NCBI RefSeq assembly: GCF_964204865.1
Contig: NC_135253.1
Location: 4,278,001 to 4,342,000 of the forward strand
Source of the DNA: Styela clava
Taxonomy: Eukaryota
Reading direction: 5' to 3'
DNA length: 64,000 nucleotides
The notes under the pieces: model-generated
What the model saw: the letters and a program-made list of their open reading frames with translations, nothing else
Told to the model about the DNA's origin: nothing
The model's database searches: none
Shown: in pieces, positions 39,834-54,506 of the stretch
Layout: the number at the start of each line of letters is the position of its first letter
How positions within the stretch are numbered: position 1 is the stretch's first letter
Made by a program: the position numbers and the translations under genes

Positions 39834-42664
39834 TTAATTACTCTTGTGGTTGATCTGCCTTTGCGCTCCGTATCCGGTCATTCCTGCCTGTGAAGCTCCT
39901 TGGTTTGTTCCCATCTAAAATAGAGAATATAGATTGATTGATCAGGACTATCAGTAAAAATTTAAAAATAAATCTAGCTAAGATCATATGAAAATGCAAA
40001 ACAATCAATAAGATTTTGATCAACTGTATTTACAAAGTATAAATTTTATGATCGTTTTATTTACCTGTAGGCCAATGATATTCCGTCCTTCTCGTTGCGT
40101 TTGTTCATCAAATTCTCTTGGGTTTTCCTGAGCTATCTTCGTCGCGATAGATAAATCTCCATCCACGCCTCTTGCCTTAGCAACATTAGCAAGAGCTAAT
40201 AACGTGCTCAAAACTTGAGACATATTCTGGTTATCCCGAATGTTGACAGTCTATAAAATATGTTATAAATTTAAAAATAATATAAGGTGTATTATAATTA
40301 TCCAATTGAACAAACTACAAAATTCAGTGATTGTTATGCCAAACTCAGCTGACGACTGAAACAGGACAAAGGTAATTATGAAGGTTTCTTCACACTAATC
40401 CCCCTCTTGCATCTCATGAAAATGTTCAAATTCGCTGCTGATATTAATCGAATAATATATAAGCGTTATATAATCTAATCAAATTACTCTCTCCTAAAAC
40501 TAGAAACGTCAAGATCCTAGTATAAAATGCTTCAAAACAAACAGCCAACACATCATCAGGCTAATAACCGAATTGCGTACGTCATTTTTGGCGGTTTTGA
40601 GTTTTTAATAGAATAGGTATTTATGTAATGCTGCGCACCTGTATATTAACTCAGATTCTATTTTAAGAATTCCGAAACCCATAAAAATGGAGATTTTGTA
40701 TGACATGCATATTTGTGCAATTGTTTCGTCATAACGAATTATCATTGTTACCGCAGGACTATTGTGAGGTCACAAAGGCAAAATAACCTCTGCGAGGTAT
40801 TTTCGAGTTTTTGCATCTCAGATTCTAGCTTATCGCTTATAAATTTGAATTTATACTACAGTATAGGAAGGCGTGCACTTGTGATATTCACTGTCTGAGT
40901 CCAATTCACCTTGGTTGGCTTTTATATAAGGGTGCATCGTGCATTGATGTTTTATTCTTTATATTTAATCTTAGTCTTATTTCGGTGGGCGTGCCGAGCG
41001 TGTTATATTGATGAAATATATATTTTTAAACATAAAAAATAATGTAATTGAAACAGATAAGCTATTTTGGGGATTAGACATCGTAGATACTGAGAATTAC
41101 ATTCGTTTTTGGAATGTTTGGTGTTCAGGACTGGTGCATATAGTCAAGTTGCAAAATTGCTTATGTCCCCAAGTCATAGACACATTTCATTAAGGTACAG
41201 TGCGCCATTATGACGTCACATAACTGCGTCATACAAATTAACTTAAATCCGGCTACGATCGAAATATTGAACCATGGCAAATTATTGACTCTCAATGGCG
41301 TAACAATATCATTAGGAAGTTTTTTACGTTTTTCTCAAAACTGCTAAAAATGACTTACGCAATTCGGTTATTAGCGTGACGATATGTTAGGATACTATCA
41401 CCATTCACCAACACCAGCAGGTGATAGTATAACTGTTTTGACTCAATTGACCATAATGTGATTTATGATTCATGAATGACATAGTACCTGGAACATATCT
41501 AATCGCTTCATTCCCATTCCTTCAGCCGCTTTCAAAAACATTTCTATATTTTCACTTTCTTTCATATTCCTCATCGCCTGATAAAAGAATATTTCATATT
41601 TATAAATATTTGATTATCATCTTCAGAAATATTGTACTATATCTATTGGTGAAGATTAGACTTTATAATTACACAATTATTATTCGTAATGAAAAGTCCA
41701 AGCTTAACTTACAGAGATATAACGTCTAAATGTCGAGAAAAAAACGATTAATAGACTAATGTAGTTCTGCCCATTACCCGGAATCCTCCACGGAAATCAA
41801 TAATTATTCTTTTGAGTGTCATAACTTACTTGCAATTTAACTTTGCTTCCATCATTAGGTTTCAAGTCTTTTCCATACTTAAACGAGTTATAGAGCGCAC
41901 AGAGTACATGACCATCCATGAGAAAATCTCTGAATTCCTAAAATATTCAAATAAAGAAGAAATTAAAAATGAGTTACAGCAATTCCTGGAAGTAATACAG
42001 TCGAAACACTGGGGATTGACAATAAAGCTCACTGAAGTCACATAAATTGTTTTCATAATTTTGAGATTTATCGTACATTATCCCTAAACGAAGCAACAAA
42101 ACGAGCACCCTATGTAATGTTATACACGGGGTTGTGATTTCTACTGCAGCATGTACATAAATACATGCTTACTGAAGACAGACAAGTGAAATTCCGCCAG
42201 CAGATTTTCATAAACTAAGAGATAATATTAATTTCGGGAGGAATGAACATACCTGATACTAATCTCGTGGTCTAAAATCGGTTCACGTGTGGAAGAAAAT
42301 AGTTGAGCAGCTGTATGAAATTGTATGGTACGGAAAGTCGTAAACGACCTGCCACCACATAACCCACTCTGAGCGAAGGTCGTCATGATGATGACCATTT
42401 TTCTCTTTGCATGGTCATCATCATCGCACAGTGTATTAAGCGTTACGATGGTGGGAGTGTTCCTACCAGTTACGCAGGATAATTTAAGAATTTCATTAAA
42501 TTTTTTCAATCGCAACTTACGTCTTGTCCTCTTCCGGTAAATTCTCTGCCAGTGCGTTTGTGTATCCATTTTGCAATTTTCTGCTCATCTTCTACTAAAT
42601 ATTTTGCTCTCAATTTTTCGTCCGTTTCTCTGGTCAGTCCGAATCCCTTTGGTCTGCTAGCCAT
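39834..42664 (-). CDS. Transgelin/myophilin-like protein C (202 aa)
   Basis: Exons 42664-42521, 41937-41830, 41577-41488, 40250-40065, 39914-39834, all phase 0. MASRPKGFGLTRE...FLMDGHVLCALYN...[26 protein letters not shown]. Confidence 0.93.
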
Positions 42665-45600
42665 TTTTGCTTCAGTATTGTACTTAAAACTAACGAATCA
42701 AAATAATTAAAGTTGGTCGCTTTTCTGAAAATTAGATAACAAATAAATTACAAGGGGTGTTCCCTATTGCGGAGTTCTACAAAATTACCTTTTCACAAAT
42801 CTAAACGTGATTTGACCATTCCAAGATGAATAAATACATCAACAAATTAAGTTATGGTTCAAACTAAGTTATAATACTTTACGTCAGAATTGGGATATTA
42901 CAGACGACGATTCTCCGCTACGCTTTACTGTCGTCGACTTCGCTACATTACTCAATACGTTTCCTGGGTTTGCGCTCAGGACGGTAATATGCGTCACTAG
43001 ATACGCACGCATGACTCACGTTCGGTAATTTTATATCACGCAAAATAACCCTGCTGGGGTGGCTGAGTCCTGTCAAATAGTTTAATTTTTTCCAAGGATA
43101 AATTTTTTCCACCGTGATATAAAAAGAATTTGCACAGGCGACCGGACGCTTCCATTTCTTTCTGCGTTGATTATCTAGCAATAGTTCAACACCGACATAA
43201 CCTAAGATGCGGAAAACATTTTCCAGTTTGGGGAAGGATATTCAAGTGTTTCGCATTGAATCAGACTTCTTATTATACAAACAGTGCCGAAACCGTGTTA
43301 TTGTGACTGCAATGTATTGGTAAGCTGCATTAATACTCTTCTTGTGTATAACAAACTGTAAATAGCGTTATCAAAACAATGCTAAGCTATGAAAACAGTC
43401 TTTACTGTCATTCTCATAAATAGCACAAATATTCGGTTATTATATTTTAAATTGCGGGGTGCAGTAAACAGGATTAGCTCTACATTCTTTAAACCATTCC
43501 ATAGCGACACGACACAGTTAACGCGTATTGCTCTTTTTTGCTAAAAGCCGATATATGTTTAGAACCGTCCTCCATCCAAACACTTATTTTCGTGAGCCAG
43601 ATAACGATTGCGGTGTTTGTAATTGCCTCTGGGCAAATGAGTTAAATTTGAGATCTGTATTCAAATTGCTGGTTCTAATGTTATTATTTAATATGGCAGT
43701 ATTTTCATTGGTTTTGAAAAATATTAATTTATATAGCCCAGGGCAGTATGAGAAATACTGCCGCCGATAATTATATACGGTATTGAAAATACATGGCAGA
43801 CGCTCGGTCATGTTTGGATTCACATATTTTGATCATATTTACTGTTTACACTGCACATTACACTGACAGGAGTTCTATTATTACAACATACTTCTAAATA
43901 TCCAATTTGTTTGCTGAAGTCATCATCAATGGAATCAAAATTGCGAAAGTTATTTTACCAACCAATTAAAAAACACGATGCAACCAGCTTTATAGCTTAC
44001 ACATAACCATGCATTGACGTTTTCCGGTCACGTGTATGCAGTGTCTCGCGAAGGGTTGACTTAACAAATATACATATGTATGAAAAATATAGAATGCTAA
44101 AAAATAATAGGGTTGATTCTGATGCCGACTTGATATGCCACACCCATCACGTCAATATAGGCAATTTTTCCCTTAGAAAAATTTAGGCGCCGTCTGTATA
44201 CAACAGTACCTTATCTCCACCGCGATTTATCTATCAATGGCTCATTTCGGCTGTATATACGTAAAGCAAGTCATCGCTGTCAAGTTAATTCGTTGCTAAT
44301 CTGAACGCGGCTCTCGGGAATGACTGAACAGTGAGCAGACGACGTTATCTCTTACCTTGTCAAATATGTCTTGGAGAAAAGCTTGTTTTGCAAAAAAGAT
44401 GCAAATTCACAACAACATCACGAAATTTGGATCAAGAAACAGCTATTTTTAAACGAAAACTGGTATGGCTGAGCATGACCCACGCTTAACAAAAACACGT
44501 TCGTGAAATTCTCATGGTTTCGTCATTTTTGTTAGTATTTGCTAAATATAAACAGGTGATATTCCAATGACATTGCGCAATGCATAGCGGTATTATTGAA
44601 AAAACACCTTCCTCCAGTAGCTTTTACATGCTGTCAAAGCTGACCGATAAAGGGAAAAATCCTATTATAATAAAACTCTATTAGGAATTGCTAAATTTTC
44701 GACCAGAAAACTCAAATATTTCACGGTCTTACCGGTGGGGTCTCGTAGGAAAACGGCTCCTCGTAGGCATTGGCTCCTAGGTTTGAGCCATTTATTGGCA
44801 ACTCTTTGTGGGCTTCACATTAGAATGTTCACATAAACTTATAGGCCACGACGCCGTTTTTTCCAGAACCAATTTTAGTTGGCTAAGCTACTTCTCATTG
44901 TACATCGCCCTCCGGCTTTCCCCGAGACTATTCTGTGTGTATATGCTACAAATATTTTTTTTTTACGATTTCGTACCAGACCACTCACGTCACTGGTCTT
45001 AAAATATTAATTAATAACAACACCACGCCCGTATTTTGTCGAATATTATATATCGATCAGGCTTTTCCGGCCGATCTGAAGTGTCGTAATTTGTTCGATT
45101 TTATCCAGCATTTGAAATAATAATAGGCTATATAACATATAGCTTATTAAATGCATGGTTCAGGCAGAAAGCATGTCAAATTATCCAAATGCACAACTAT
45201 ATTCGCTAAGCTTTAAAACTATCACGGGTTAGCTTACATATCCTTTTCCTCGTTGTACTCATTCTACACTATACAGGTCCATTTATTTTATTCACCACTA
45301 CAACTGTGCAAGCCATGGCTATTTTTGCCATTCTAAATGTGGAAAGCAACGCCACCTCGCTTTTCCGCTTCCCATTTCCTGAACAGCACGCCCCTCTGAT
45401 GAACCAAATGAACTCATCAAAGCTTTAGCTTGCCTGTCCTTGCCATAAAACTCACAACGCGACAGCCAAGTACCACTTTGTCGATTGCACATCGCCAATG
45501 CCATGACGAATAGTCTGACAGTGTCTAGCAAAACCGGATATTGTGATGAAGGTATGTAATACTCATACTATATGACAATATAATATACTCTTCCTGTCTT

Positions 45601-48600
45601 CTGAGAGCACGTACCGGCGTAAGAATTTTGCAATAAATACTACACATTACTTACTGCTGAATTGCTGAAGCGAGTTTTCATGGGATATTTTTTCCAAATA
45701 CGGACACTAGGGCTTTACTTTATAACAAGGAAGGTATACTCTTTCTATTCGGAACAGTATGGATTTCAAATGCATACGTATCCCCCGATAATATATCGCT
45801 ATTCGAAACACAGTCTTTCCTTTTATGACGAACCGCAATGTTGATGAATACCGACATTTTTTCGTCCCCATTCATCGCTTATCGTCCTATTTTACTTCGC
45901 TATTGAATGACATAGACTCACATTTTACACCGTAAACGCACAAAATACGTCACAAAAATCCGGGTTGGCGTATGGGAACGCCAAATAAGGCAATGATCAG
46001 TCTGGCTGGAACTGACTTCTTTTATGCGTTCGATACGCATGATTTCGTGTCGTCACGCTACACGTAATACGACGAACGGTTTTTAACGAGTGCATGCGAG
46101 AATTTCAACAATTTGACTCACACAGAGAAATGATTTGTCTCTTTCCAAAGATAACGATTTCCTATGTAGCACACAAACAAGAAAATAGGATAATGAAGAT
46201 GAACTACTTTCCGAAATTTAGTCAAATGTACTCCCGCGTGATAACTTTGTACGGCAAACATAATTAGAACAATTAGAAGGTCAACGACGGCTTTTCGCCT
46301 TCTATTGACGTCTGGAATGGACAAATACTCGTTTTGTGTGCCACCAGGAAGAAAACCTACAATCTAACATAAGGAAACACGATTAAACAATGTTGGTTAG
46401 TATGCTTCATCAATGACAGGGTTATATATCTACCACGATGCAGGGTATAAAACTCGGTTACGAACGTTCTTCTCTGGTACGAGTTTATATCAAACTTGAA
46501 TCGGCGTTTCGAAGCACGTTTGATGTATGGTCTGTACTAGATTGAGAAATACTCACCAAACCTCTGTATATTAATATTTAACAACTCTACCCAACAATAT
46601 AATTATTATGTTGAATTATTCATATATGTTTTGCCTGAAGTTCTCAAAATACCGTAACAAAACTACTTTCCTTAATACCTCGATATGGCATGTCTCAGTG
46701 AGTACATATTTTGCTTGCTGTTATTTAAAGCAGTACAATGCTCTGAAACTAAAATGCCTTTTCTTCAATTGCTTCAACAACGCATCATGTTTTCAACAGT
46801 TGCCTCACTTCGGGCTTCAGATCCGCCCATTTTATGGAATGCGCATTTAAACCAATTTTTGCGATCAATCAAAATTATTAGTTGTGGTTTCGCAGCTTGG
46901 ATGATTTTCAAATTATACCAAGCGTGAACAGAAAGATGATCTATCGACTAGAAAGTATTCACACAGAAGTTTACAGTGAATACAGTTATGTATTGTAGAC
47001 CAATACTGCGCGTTTTGGGCCGAAATCAAATTAATCTTTTATATGTATAGATTTGCGAATTTGTCTCGTTTCGGTCTAAAATAGGTAGTTTGCTGGATAT
47101 TACCATGGATTTGTTTCTTTAGGCACATTCTAATCACAGTCGGCATCTAAAACAAATTTCTTACTGGCGAACACAATTCAAACATCCATTCGTTACTTAC
47201 TTTAAAAACCTCTTCTAAACTAAAACCCACACAGATCGAATTGCAGCACCATATCAGTAACTATGACGTTATTTCAACATTTCCTGTGGCATACAGACGT
47301 CATTTCAATAAGCCGCTAAGTCTATTCGTGATGACATATATTGTAGCTTCAATTAGATTACCATTTGTTGTAAAAACGCCAAATTCGGAGAAGTATTATC
47401 GTACGTAATTCATCGCGCCTAAAGCTGTGTAATTAAATTAATCTATCCGCAAAATTGATTACATTTCAATTATTGCTTTCAATACGTGATCTTTTACGCG
47501 GGTCATATCCTTACATCTTTGAGCTAGCCATATCCTTCTCTTCAGTAGCGCACATAAAGTGAAGTTTAGTGAAATTTCATAGTTGTATAAACTTTTCAAC
47601 AACTAAATTATCTCAATACATGATCATAACCCATGCGAATACATAGTTAACTTCAGTCTTTGAAATTGTCTTCTATGCAATTCATGCTTGAATGAAGAAA
47701 TAGTATCACATCGCTATCATGGGTAAATTACTGTAAAAACCAAGGTGAATTATAAGATTTTTTATATTAGCATAGTAAAAGGGCGTGGTGGTATTGATAT
47801 ATCTGTCCCTTACGTCTATAGTGATCATTTCCGAACGAAATAATACGTGATAGTGTATTTTCACAAAATCGATACATGTGAGATATTTTCAAAAATATAT
47901 CAACCGTTGTGATGGTAAAGTCTTTGTGAATTCAATCGAATAAAAATCAAGACATCATTCAATCAATCATTTTCATTAGTTTATGCATTAACATGATATA
48001 TTAGAAATGCGTAATTTACGGTTGAGTAGAGGAAGTTTTAAACCCATTATTCATTTTTTTTTATACGGGCTTTAGTTTTTAAATTTGCAACGAGCGCTCA
48101 TATCACGCCACCAAAAGTTGATTATTGCTCTTAAAAAATTAGATTATTTTCACTTTTGATTTCGATCAAGTTTAGGAATAAATATTTTTCGGATGAGAGA
48201 CCGCCTAAAATCAAGCTTTAATATTTCGAGTTGATTTCTGCCCTAAATAGGGTACTTATCGCTGTCATGAAACTAAAAATGTAATCAGTAGGAAATAGAT
48301 ATCTCATATATGAAAGGTGTTGCTAATTTATAAATATATACAATGGCCCTTGGCATATTAATTCAGGTATTGGAAACCAACGGTTAGTCACGCCATACTC
48401 ATTCATTGATACTTGTGGACTCACAGCGCATTTGTCTGGCAAATTTTGCAATTTTTTATCGACATAGCAGAGAATTGAAATTGCTATTTTTAAAAGCGCA
48501 AATATCATGTTATATTAGGTATTGAAAATCTGTACCACTATTTATGTATAGTTTGATTTTCAGCTCAATTTCATCTGGTATTTCCATGAAAGATAAAATT

Positions 48601-49989
48601 TGAATTGCCCGAATAAAAAAAAAACATTAACAGTAGTAATGAATGAAAATTTATTCTCGTTTTCGCAAGTACTTTTCCAAGCATTTTTATTCCCACACTC
48701 AGACAGACAATTACTTTAATTGCGTCTGTCATTGTATCAACATTTTGTTATCAATAGTGCCACGATGGAATGCACCACGTCAAAGAAGCAACAAGAAGGC
48801 GTATTTAATAGACTATTTGGTCATTGTCCAAGCATGTACTATCTTATTATGTCATTTTGGGTAAATGATAGGACAGTGTGAAACTACATTACTCAATTGT
48901 GGGAAGTTCAAATGGAAAAATTCCAAGTATGCAACTTCAAGTTTGTACCATACGATACCAATCCTACGTGCAACTTGAGAATTTTTTTTTTGTCTAGACG
49001 AAGGGAAATAAGTATGTAGGCCTATTCTACTAGGTCGTAATCAGATGGTCGTTATGACTCTAGTCATGAGATGAACCATGGGCTTTCGATGATTTCCCAT
49101 TCACTGAGTAAGCCATATAGACCGAGTGGAATTAAGGCAGTTCAAGTTATCGATTAACCTGCAAGCCAGACGTCAAAAAAGGTAAACAAGAAGTCACCTG
49201 GTCCATCTTGAAAAGCTGTGAGCCAACATCGTCAGTGTCCGAAGTTGTGTTTATTCTGTGGGCGGAAACCTTGTAATGCACACAATATTTCGGATATTGT
49301 TCAAACAAAACTATCCAAAATCAATACTTACATGGCTGTATACACATGTCCAGTTACTGTATAATCCGGTATTACTGCTTTACGCAATCCCAAAATTACC
49401 GGCGAAAACAATATAAGCAAATAAGAATATCATAGAATTCGGATCAGGCGTCACTTAGCTGAAGATGCTCATCCTATTAGAGTGGCCACAAGATGATGCA
49501 GTTAAGCAAAAATTGTCAACTGCAACTGCAGAAAATGGTTATCTGGCTCAGATGAGCAAAATTGAAACAACAGTGGCTATACCTTTGTGTATCTGCCCTA
49601 TAAAAATTCATCATCGATTCGTCGAGCAATGCTGAAATTATATTGCACAGTACTAGAAGTCGATAAAAGTTTGAAGGGTCGTTCTTGACATTGTAAAAAG
49701 TGGGAAGCATAACCATGGCATAATAACCCCGCTGCCATAACTTGTGGTCGTAACATGTAGATGCAAAAAAGTCAAGAGCTTCAGCTACCGTACATACTTT
49801 CAGTGTGTACTCGTTTGATTGAAACTTGAGTAATATGATGATAGCACGAAGAAAATATACGGTCATGAAGGCCAAAAACGCAGTAGCCCGGGTATGCAGT
49901 CTGCCACAATAGACTACCGGTACCGCAATATTCAGGACTAACATAAAGCGGAACCGCCACAAGGTGCACAATTTTCATGACGCCATGGT

Positions 49990-50860
49990 ACACAAAAAAC
50001 GAAGCCCACATAAATTTAAAAAAAAAAGTAAAATGATGGATTTCTAGCAACAAAAAACCAAAGAAAATTTCAACCGCTGAAAATTACGAAGCAATTGGTC
50101 CAGTAATTAATAGGGAAAAACGATTTTTTTTCACGACAATGAGAAGAAAAATACAGCAACAACAACATAGTAACATAACGATTCGTAGGGAAACCAACAC
50201 TTCGTGTCCAATAATGCTCAAAATATATTCATTAATTTGGTTACTAACTTAAAATAAGAACCGATATAAAAACGTTTGCTTAGATTATTTGATTAATCGT
50301 CAATAGGTATGCCATGCTCATTCATTTTATATTTCTTTTTTCAGAATTTTAGCTAAACATTCAGTAACTTACAGCGTCATTGCAAAGTTGTTGAGAATTT
50401 ACTAAGACAATCGAATTTTAGTTTATGTAAGGGTGTTGTAACACTTATTAGGATACCTTGTTTCGCAATCTAAAACAGCCAACGAAGTAGAGTCGACTTT
50501 TATTTATCCCTAGCGTTTGTTAAATATTTTGTAATGGCGTAAAACGTGTAAATTATGGCGGTACACTTTTGTTTCTCAGACTGCCTGTCACCTAGGAAAG
50601 AAATTAAGGTTGCACAAGATTACACTATTATACTTATTGGAGACGTGAGTGGACCTATGGACCGTTTTGATATTATGTTGTTGTTCTTGTTGATATTCTT
50701 CTCCTTCGTCATGATAAAATCGCTTTTCTCTTCGAATACTGGACCAATTGCTTTGACATTTTCAGTGGTTAAAGATTGATTTTTTTTCCAGAAGGCTATT
50801 ACTTTTATATTTTCTTAAATTTTCATGAATCCTATGAGATCTAATATTTCATTCAAAATT
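49990..50860. repeat. Two oppositely oriented copies of the dispersed ~230-bp repeat
   Basis: ~49990-50214 is the diverged reverse complement of ~50634-50860 (e.g. GCAATTGGTCCAGTA vs TACTGGACCAATTGC; ends GTCCAATAA / TTATTGGA). Confidence 0.65.
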
Positions 50861-53606
50861 GCGCTGTATTACTTTCAATTATGGGGACACGGTTTTTAAT
50901 CCGCCAAGACTGACTGGGAAAAATCTATCGACTGAAAACTCGGAAGTTTTCGAGGGTACGGTACCGGTAACGTCAAAGGTAAAAACTGCTTCGCTCTGGT
51001 CCACGTGTCCATATATTTGAGCGTTGCTCTCTAGTAATCTTTTGTCTGGTGCTTTTCTCAAATTGGTTTTCATGAGCATTCATTAAATTTTACGACGTTG
51101 TAATTCGACCTAAAGTTTACCGATCTTGGTATTTGCGTTTAGCGCAACAGCAGACGTTACGTTTACGTCAGAAGCCGCCAATAAATAGTTTATACTTCGG
51201 ATTAAGCTTCAAAGGAAATTAATAGCAATTAAGATCCTCCCTCGAGAACAAAAATGTCACTGTGGACATTTATCGCACTATTTGAACTTACGTCGTTTGA
51301 CATAGAATTCCCAACGGAGAATTACCAGGTGCCAACGTCGTCAAAACTTTTGTCAGGTGGGAATTGGATATATCAACAAATTTATTGCAATTTGTTTATA
51401 GATCATCCGGAAACCTGGCATCGCAATTTCGAATTAAATAAGATTTTTAGAAATGCATATAAGGCAACTAATTTCCTGAGCGATTGTTGTTTTAAATATA
51501 TTAGTGTCTGATATATCCTCGTCTTAACTCAAATTTATATCTAACAAATATCCAATAAAAACGTCCAATCCGAAATCAATATGCGTACATTAAAAATATG
51601 ATAATTGAATAAATTTTGTTCAGCTAACTGCTAAATAAAATGACGAAAATAAAATTCTTCAATAATATTCTTCGGCACCACGCAACTGTATCTTTAGATA
51701 GCAAACATACTATTCATTCAGTAAGGCGAAAGTTGTAAGAACTTATACCACTGTAAATTTAGGTAACCTGGAAAGTACCATATTTCGAATCGCGGCGAGG
51801 TGTTCATTAGATTAACAAAAAACAAATGAATGTGGTATCAAAATGGCGTTTAAGCTGTCAGATCCCCTCAGCTCAGTTATGTTGTCTCGGAATCAGGCTC
51901 GTTTTTGATTTACCTCTGAGTCCGTCTCTTGATCCCGAGTCCTGATCTACAAATAATTTTAACTGATGGTATATTGTTTCTAAATGATTTCTGCTATGTA
52001 TCATATTTCAGAGAATATGCGTTACCAGCACAGTTATCGACTCAAATTTCATCATCGGGGTATCATTTTCTCCTTTGTCACAACATATATCGGAAGATAT
52101 TGTTTGTTATTTTAGCGACTGCAGAGCTTTTGAATCACGAAATGAAAAATTAAATCATTGCAGTTTTCCAGTCACTGCGTATTGTATTCGAACATGTCCA
52201 TCAAAACTGAAACCTAATCATATATTCACATCTTATTGTCCGTTTTGGCAAACAATTGTTTCCTAAATCGGGTCATCAGCAATCAACGCTTAACAGCTTG
52301 TATTTACAGAACTTCACAACGTGGAATTTAAAATTGGATCCACACCAACCTGTGGTGCGGTGTGGAACATTTCAATACATTCATTTGAATCAATTACGGC
52401 ACGTTTGCAGGTGATTTTGTCCTGTAAATTGTAACAGAACTTTGCCAATTCTAAATAATTTGCGCTTTTTATGAGAATATTAGAAATGTTTTCAGCATTC
52501 CCACCCAAGATTCGTAAAATTTGTAATCGTTAGTAATATTATTGTGCATGTCGCTTCAATACACGCATGCACATTCACACTTGTAATCCGACATGTATTT
52601 CACAATTTCCATCATGATGTCAAGCCTTCCCCACGCTAAAAAAGCGGCAAAGCGTTGGATATTACCCGCAAAGCCAAGATAACATAACTTCTTGCTTGTC
52701 AGACTTGCATGAACTCGAGAAAATACTGAGATAGACCAACCACACACATTATCAATTTTGCCTTAGGGGCTGGCATTGCAGGCTATACAACATGTAAAAC
52801 ATAATATCAATATATGGTATTATCGGTAATCAAACGCCGCATTGTCTTGATTCCTTATAGCATTAGAAACCCAAGTATTGCTCCATGGTACATCCCATAC
52901 ACACAGAATTATAACGAGAACCATGACCTGAAATTAGATTGGTAAAAACTATGTTGTCACAATGTTAATATAATACGATGTGCACATTACTAAATGGGTG
53001 CATTTAACACATGTGCTATGACGGGCATTAAAACGTCACATATTGTATCACGGAAGCTATATTTTTTTAAATTTTTTTGTCCACGCATCAGTTCATTTTA
53101 TATTCGAATAACTAGAAAATTACACTAATCTCTAGTATATCACTTTTATAAAGTTATAAATCCTTATGGTATGTTAATATGACAATTGCATGGGAATAAG
53201 TTCTTGGAGTTTAGGCCCACTGATATTGCGTACACAAACCATTTGGCAATATAAGATGTTATGCAAAGTCACTTCTAACTTAAATAAATGACACATCATT
53301 ACAGATATATATCATTATATTGCAAAGATGAAATGAACAATCGAAAATATACATAACATGATTCGGCGTCTTATACGAAAGGTTATCTGGTGCGGCATAA
53401 TAAAAGCCTGATGAGCGATAGATTTATAAATAAATATCGCGTAATATGCAGTCGTGTGCCTATACAATACATAGCATAAGGAGTGGAAAATTCCAAACAA
53501 AAGCGTTGGTCACCACAAAGTTTAACGTACTTTCAGGAAATTATTATTCAATAGAGACTCAAACCCCGGATACCACACCTCGTTGATGAAGCAGGTCATT
53601 CTAGTA

Positions 53607-53886
53607 CAACGGTTCTCAACCCTGGGCCACAGAAAAATTTTCAGGTGGGCCATATACCTATTAAAAAGTGCTGGATAAATTAAGTTGAATTCGATAGTAG
53701 TGGCAACGAATGATGATGTTGTTTTTGGTCACAGGGTGGCAATTTTCTCCAATTATTATTAGAGTGACATTGTCTATTTTTGCAGAAAAATTTTTTTTGT
53801 TTTTCTAGTATGAAAAAGCAAATGGGCCACGGATTTTTAGGTGCAACGAAAATGGGCCATAAAAGAAAAAAAGTTGAGAACCACTG
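53607..53886. mobile_element. Buster-type hAT MITE, 280 bp
   Basis: TIR CAACGGTTCTCAAC / GTTGAGAACCACTG; perfect 8-bp TSD TTCTAGTA (53599-53606, 53887-53894); TGGGCCA subterminal repeats. Confidence 0.9.
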
Positions 53887-54506
53887 TTCTAGTAGAATAC
53901 AATTTCTCTTGGGCAATGAGTCAAGAATACGATACATGAAGTGCTGTTCTCAGTTAATTATCCGCCTTGGATAAACAGTTATATACTAAGGATTATATAA
54001 GAGAAATTTAAACTGAACAAAAAAGCATTCAAGCAAAGTTAGAATAAAATGTTTAACATGTGATATATGAAACAAAATGCTGAAATTAAAATAGTTGGTG
54101 GTCAAAGCTGGAAATGACAATCCTGGTAGGTTAGGCTTGTTCCATTCACATGAAACTCAAATTTATATTCTTGCTTTGTTAGTGAAACTATCAGTAGCAC
54201 CAATTTAGTCGAGTTAATTGCTACTTTATTGTAAAAAGGTCACAGCAAATTTGGAGTGAATATTGAAGTGCCCTTTTTTTCATAACCCAGAGGTTTTTTT
54301 CATACATAACCAAATATGAGGTATTCTGGCCGAAAAAGTTTTGCCAAGTACTTTATAGGAATAATAGACTGGTTTATCAGTATTCATTATACTCAAAGAA
54401 ATGTATAAATAAATGAATATTAGCTGAATGGGCAATTGCTTGTTCAAATAGGTAAAAGAAATAAAATCTCTTTTTTTTGTAATATATTTCTGTACAATTG
54501 TGAGGA

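Noticed and set aside
42228-42569. 113-aa ORF MDTQTHW...
   Set aside because: Alternative frame of myophilin C exon 1 running into the intron.
45981-45990. Perfect CArG box CCAAATAAGG upstream of myophilin C
   Set aside because: A few are expected by chance in 64 kb of AT-rich DNA; it is 3.3 kb from the ATG and not repeated at the paralogs.
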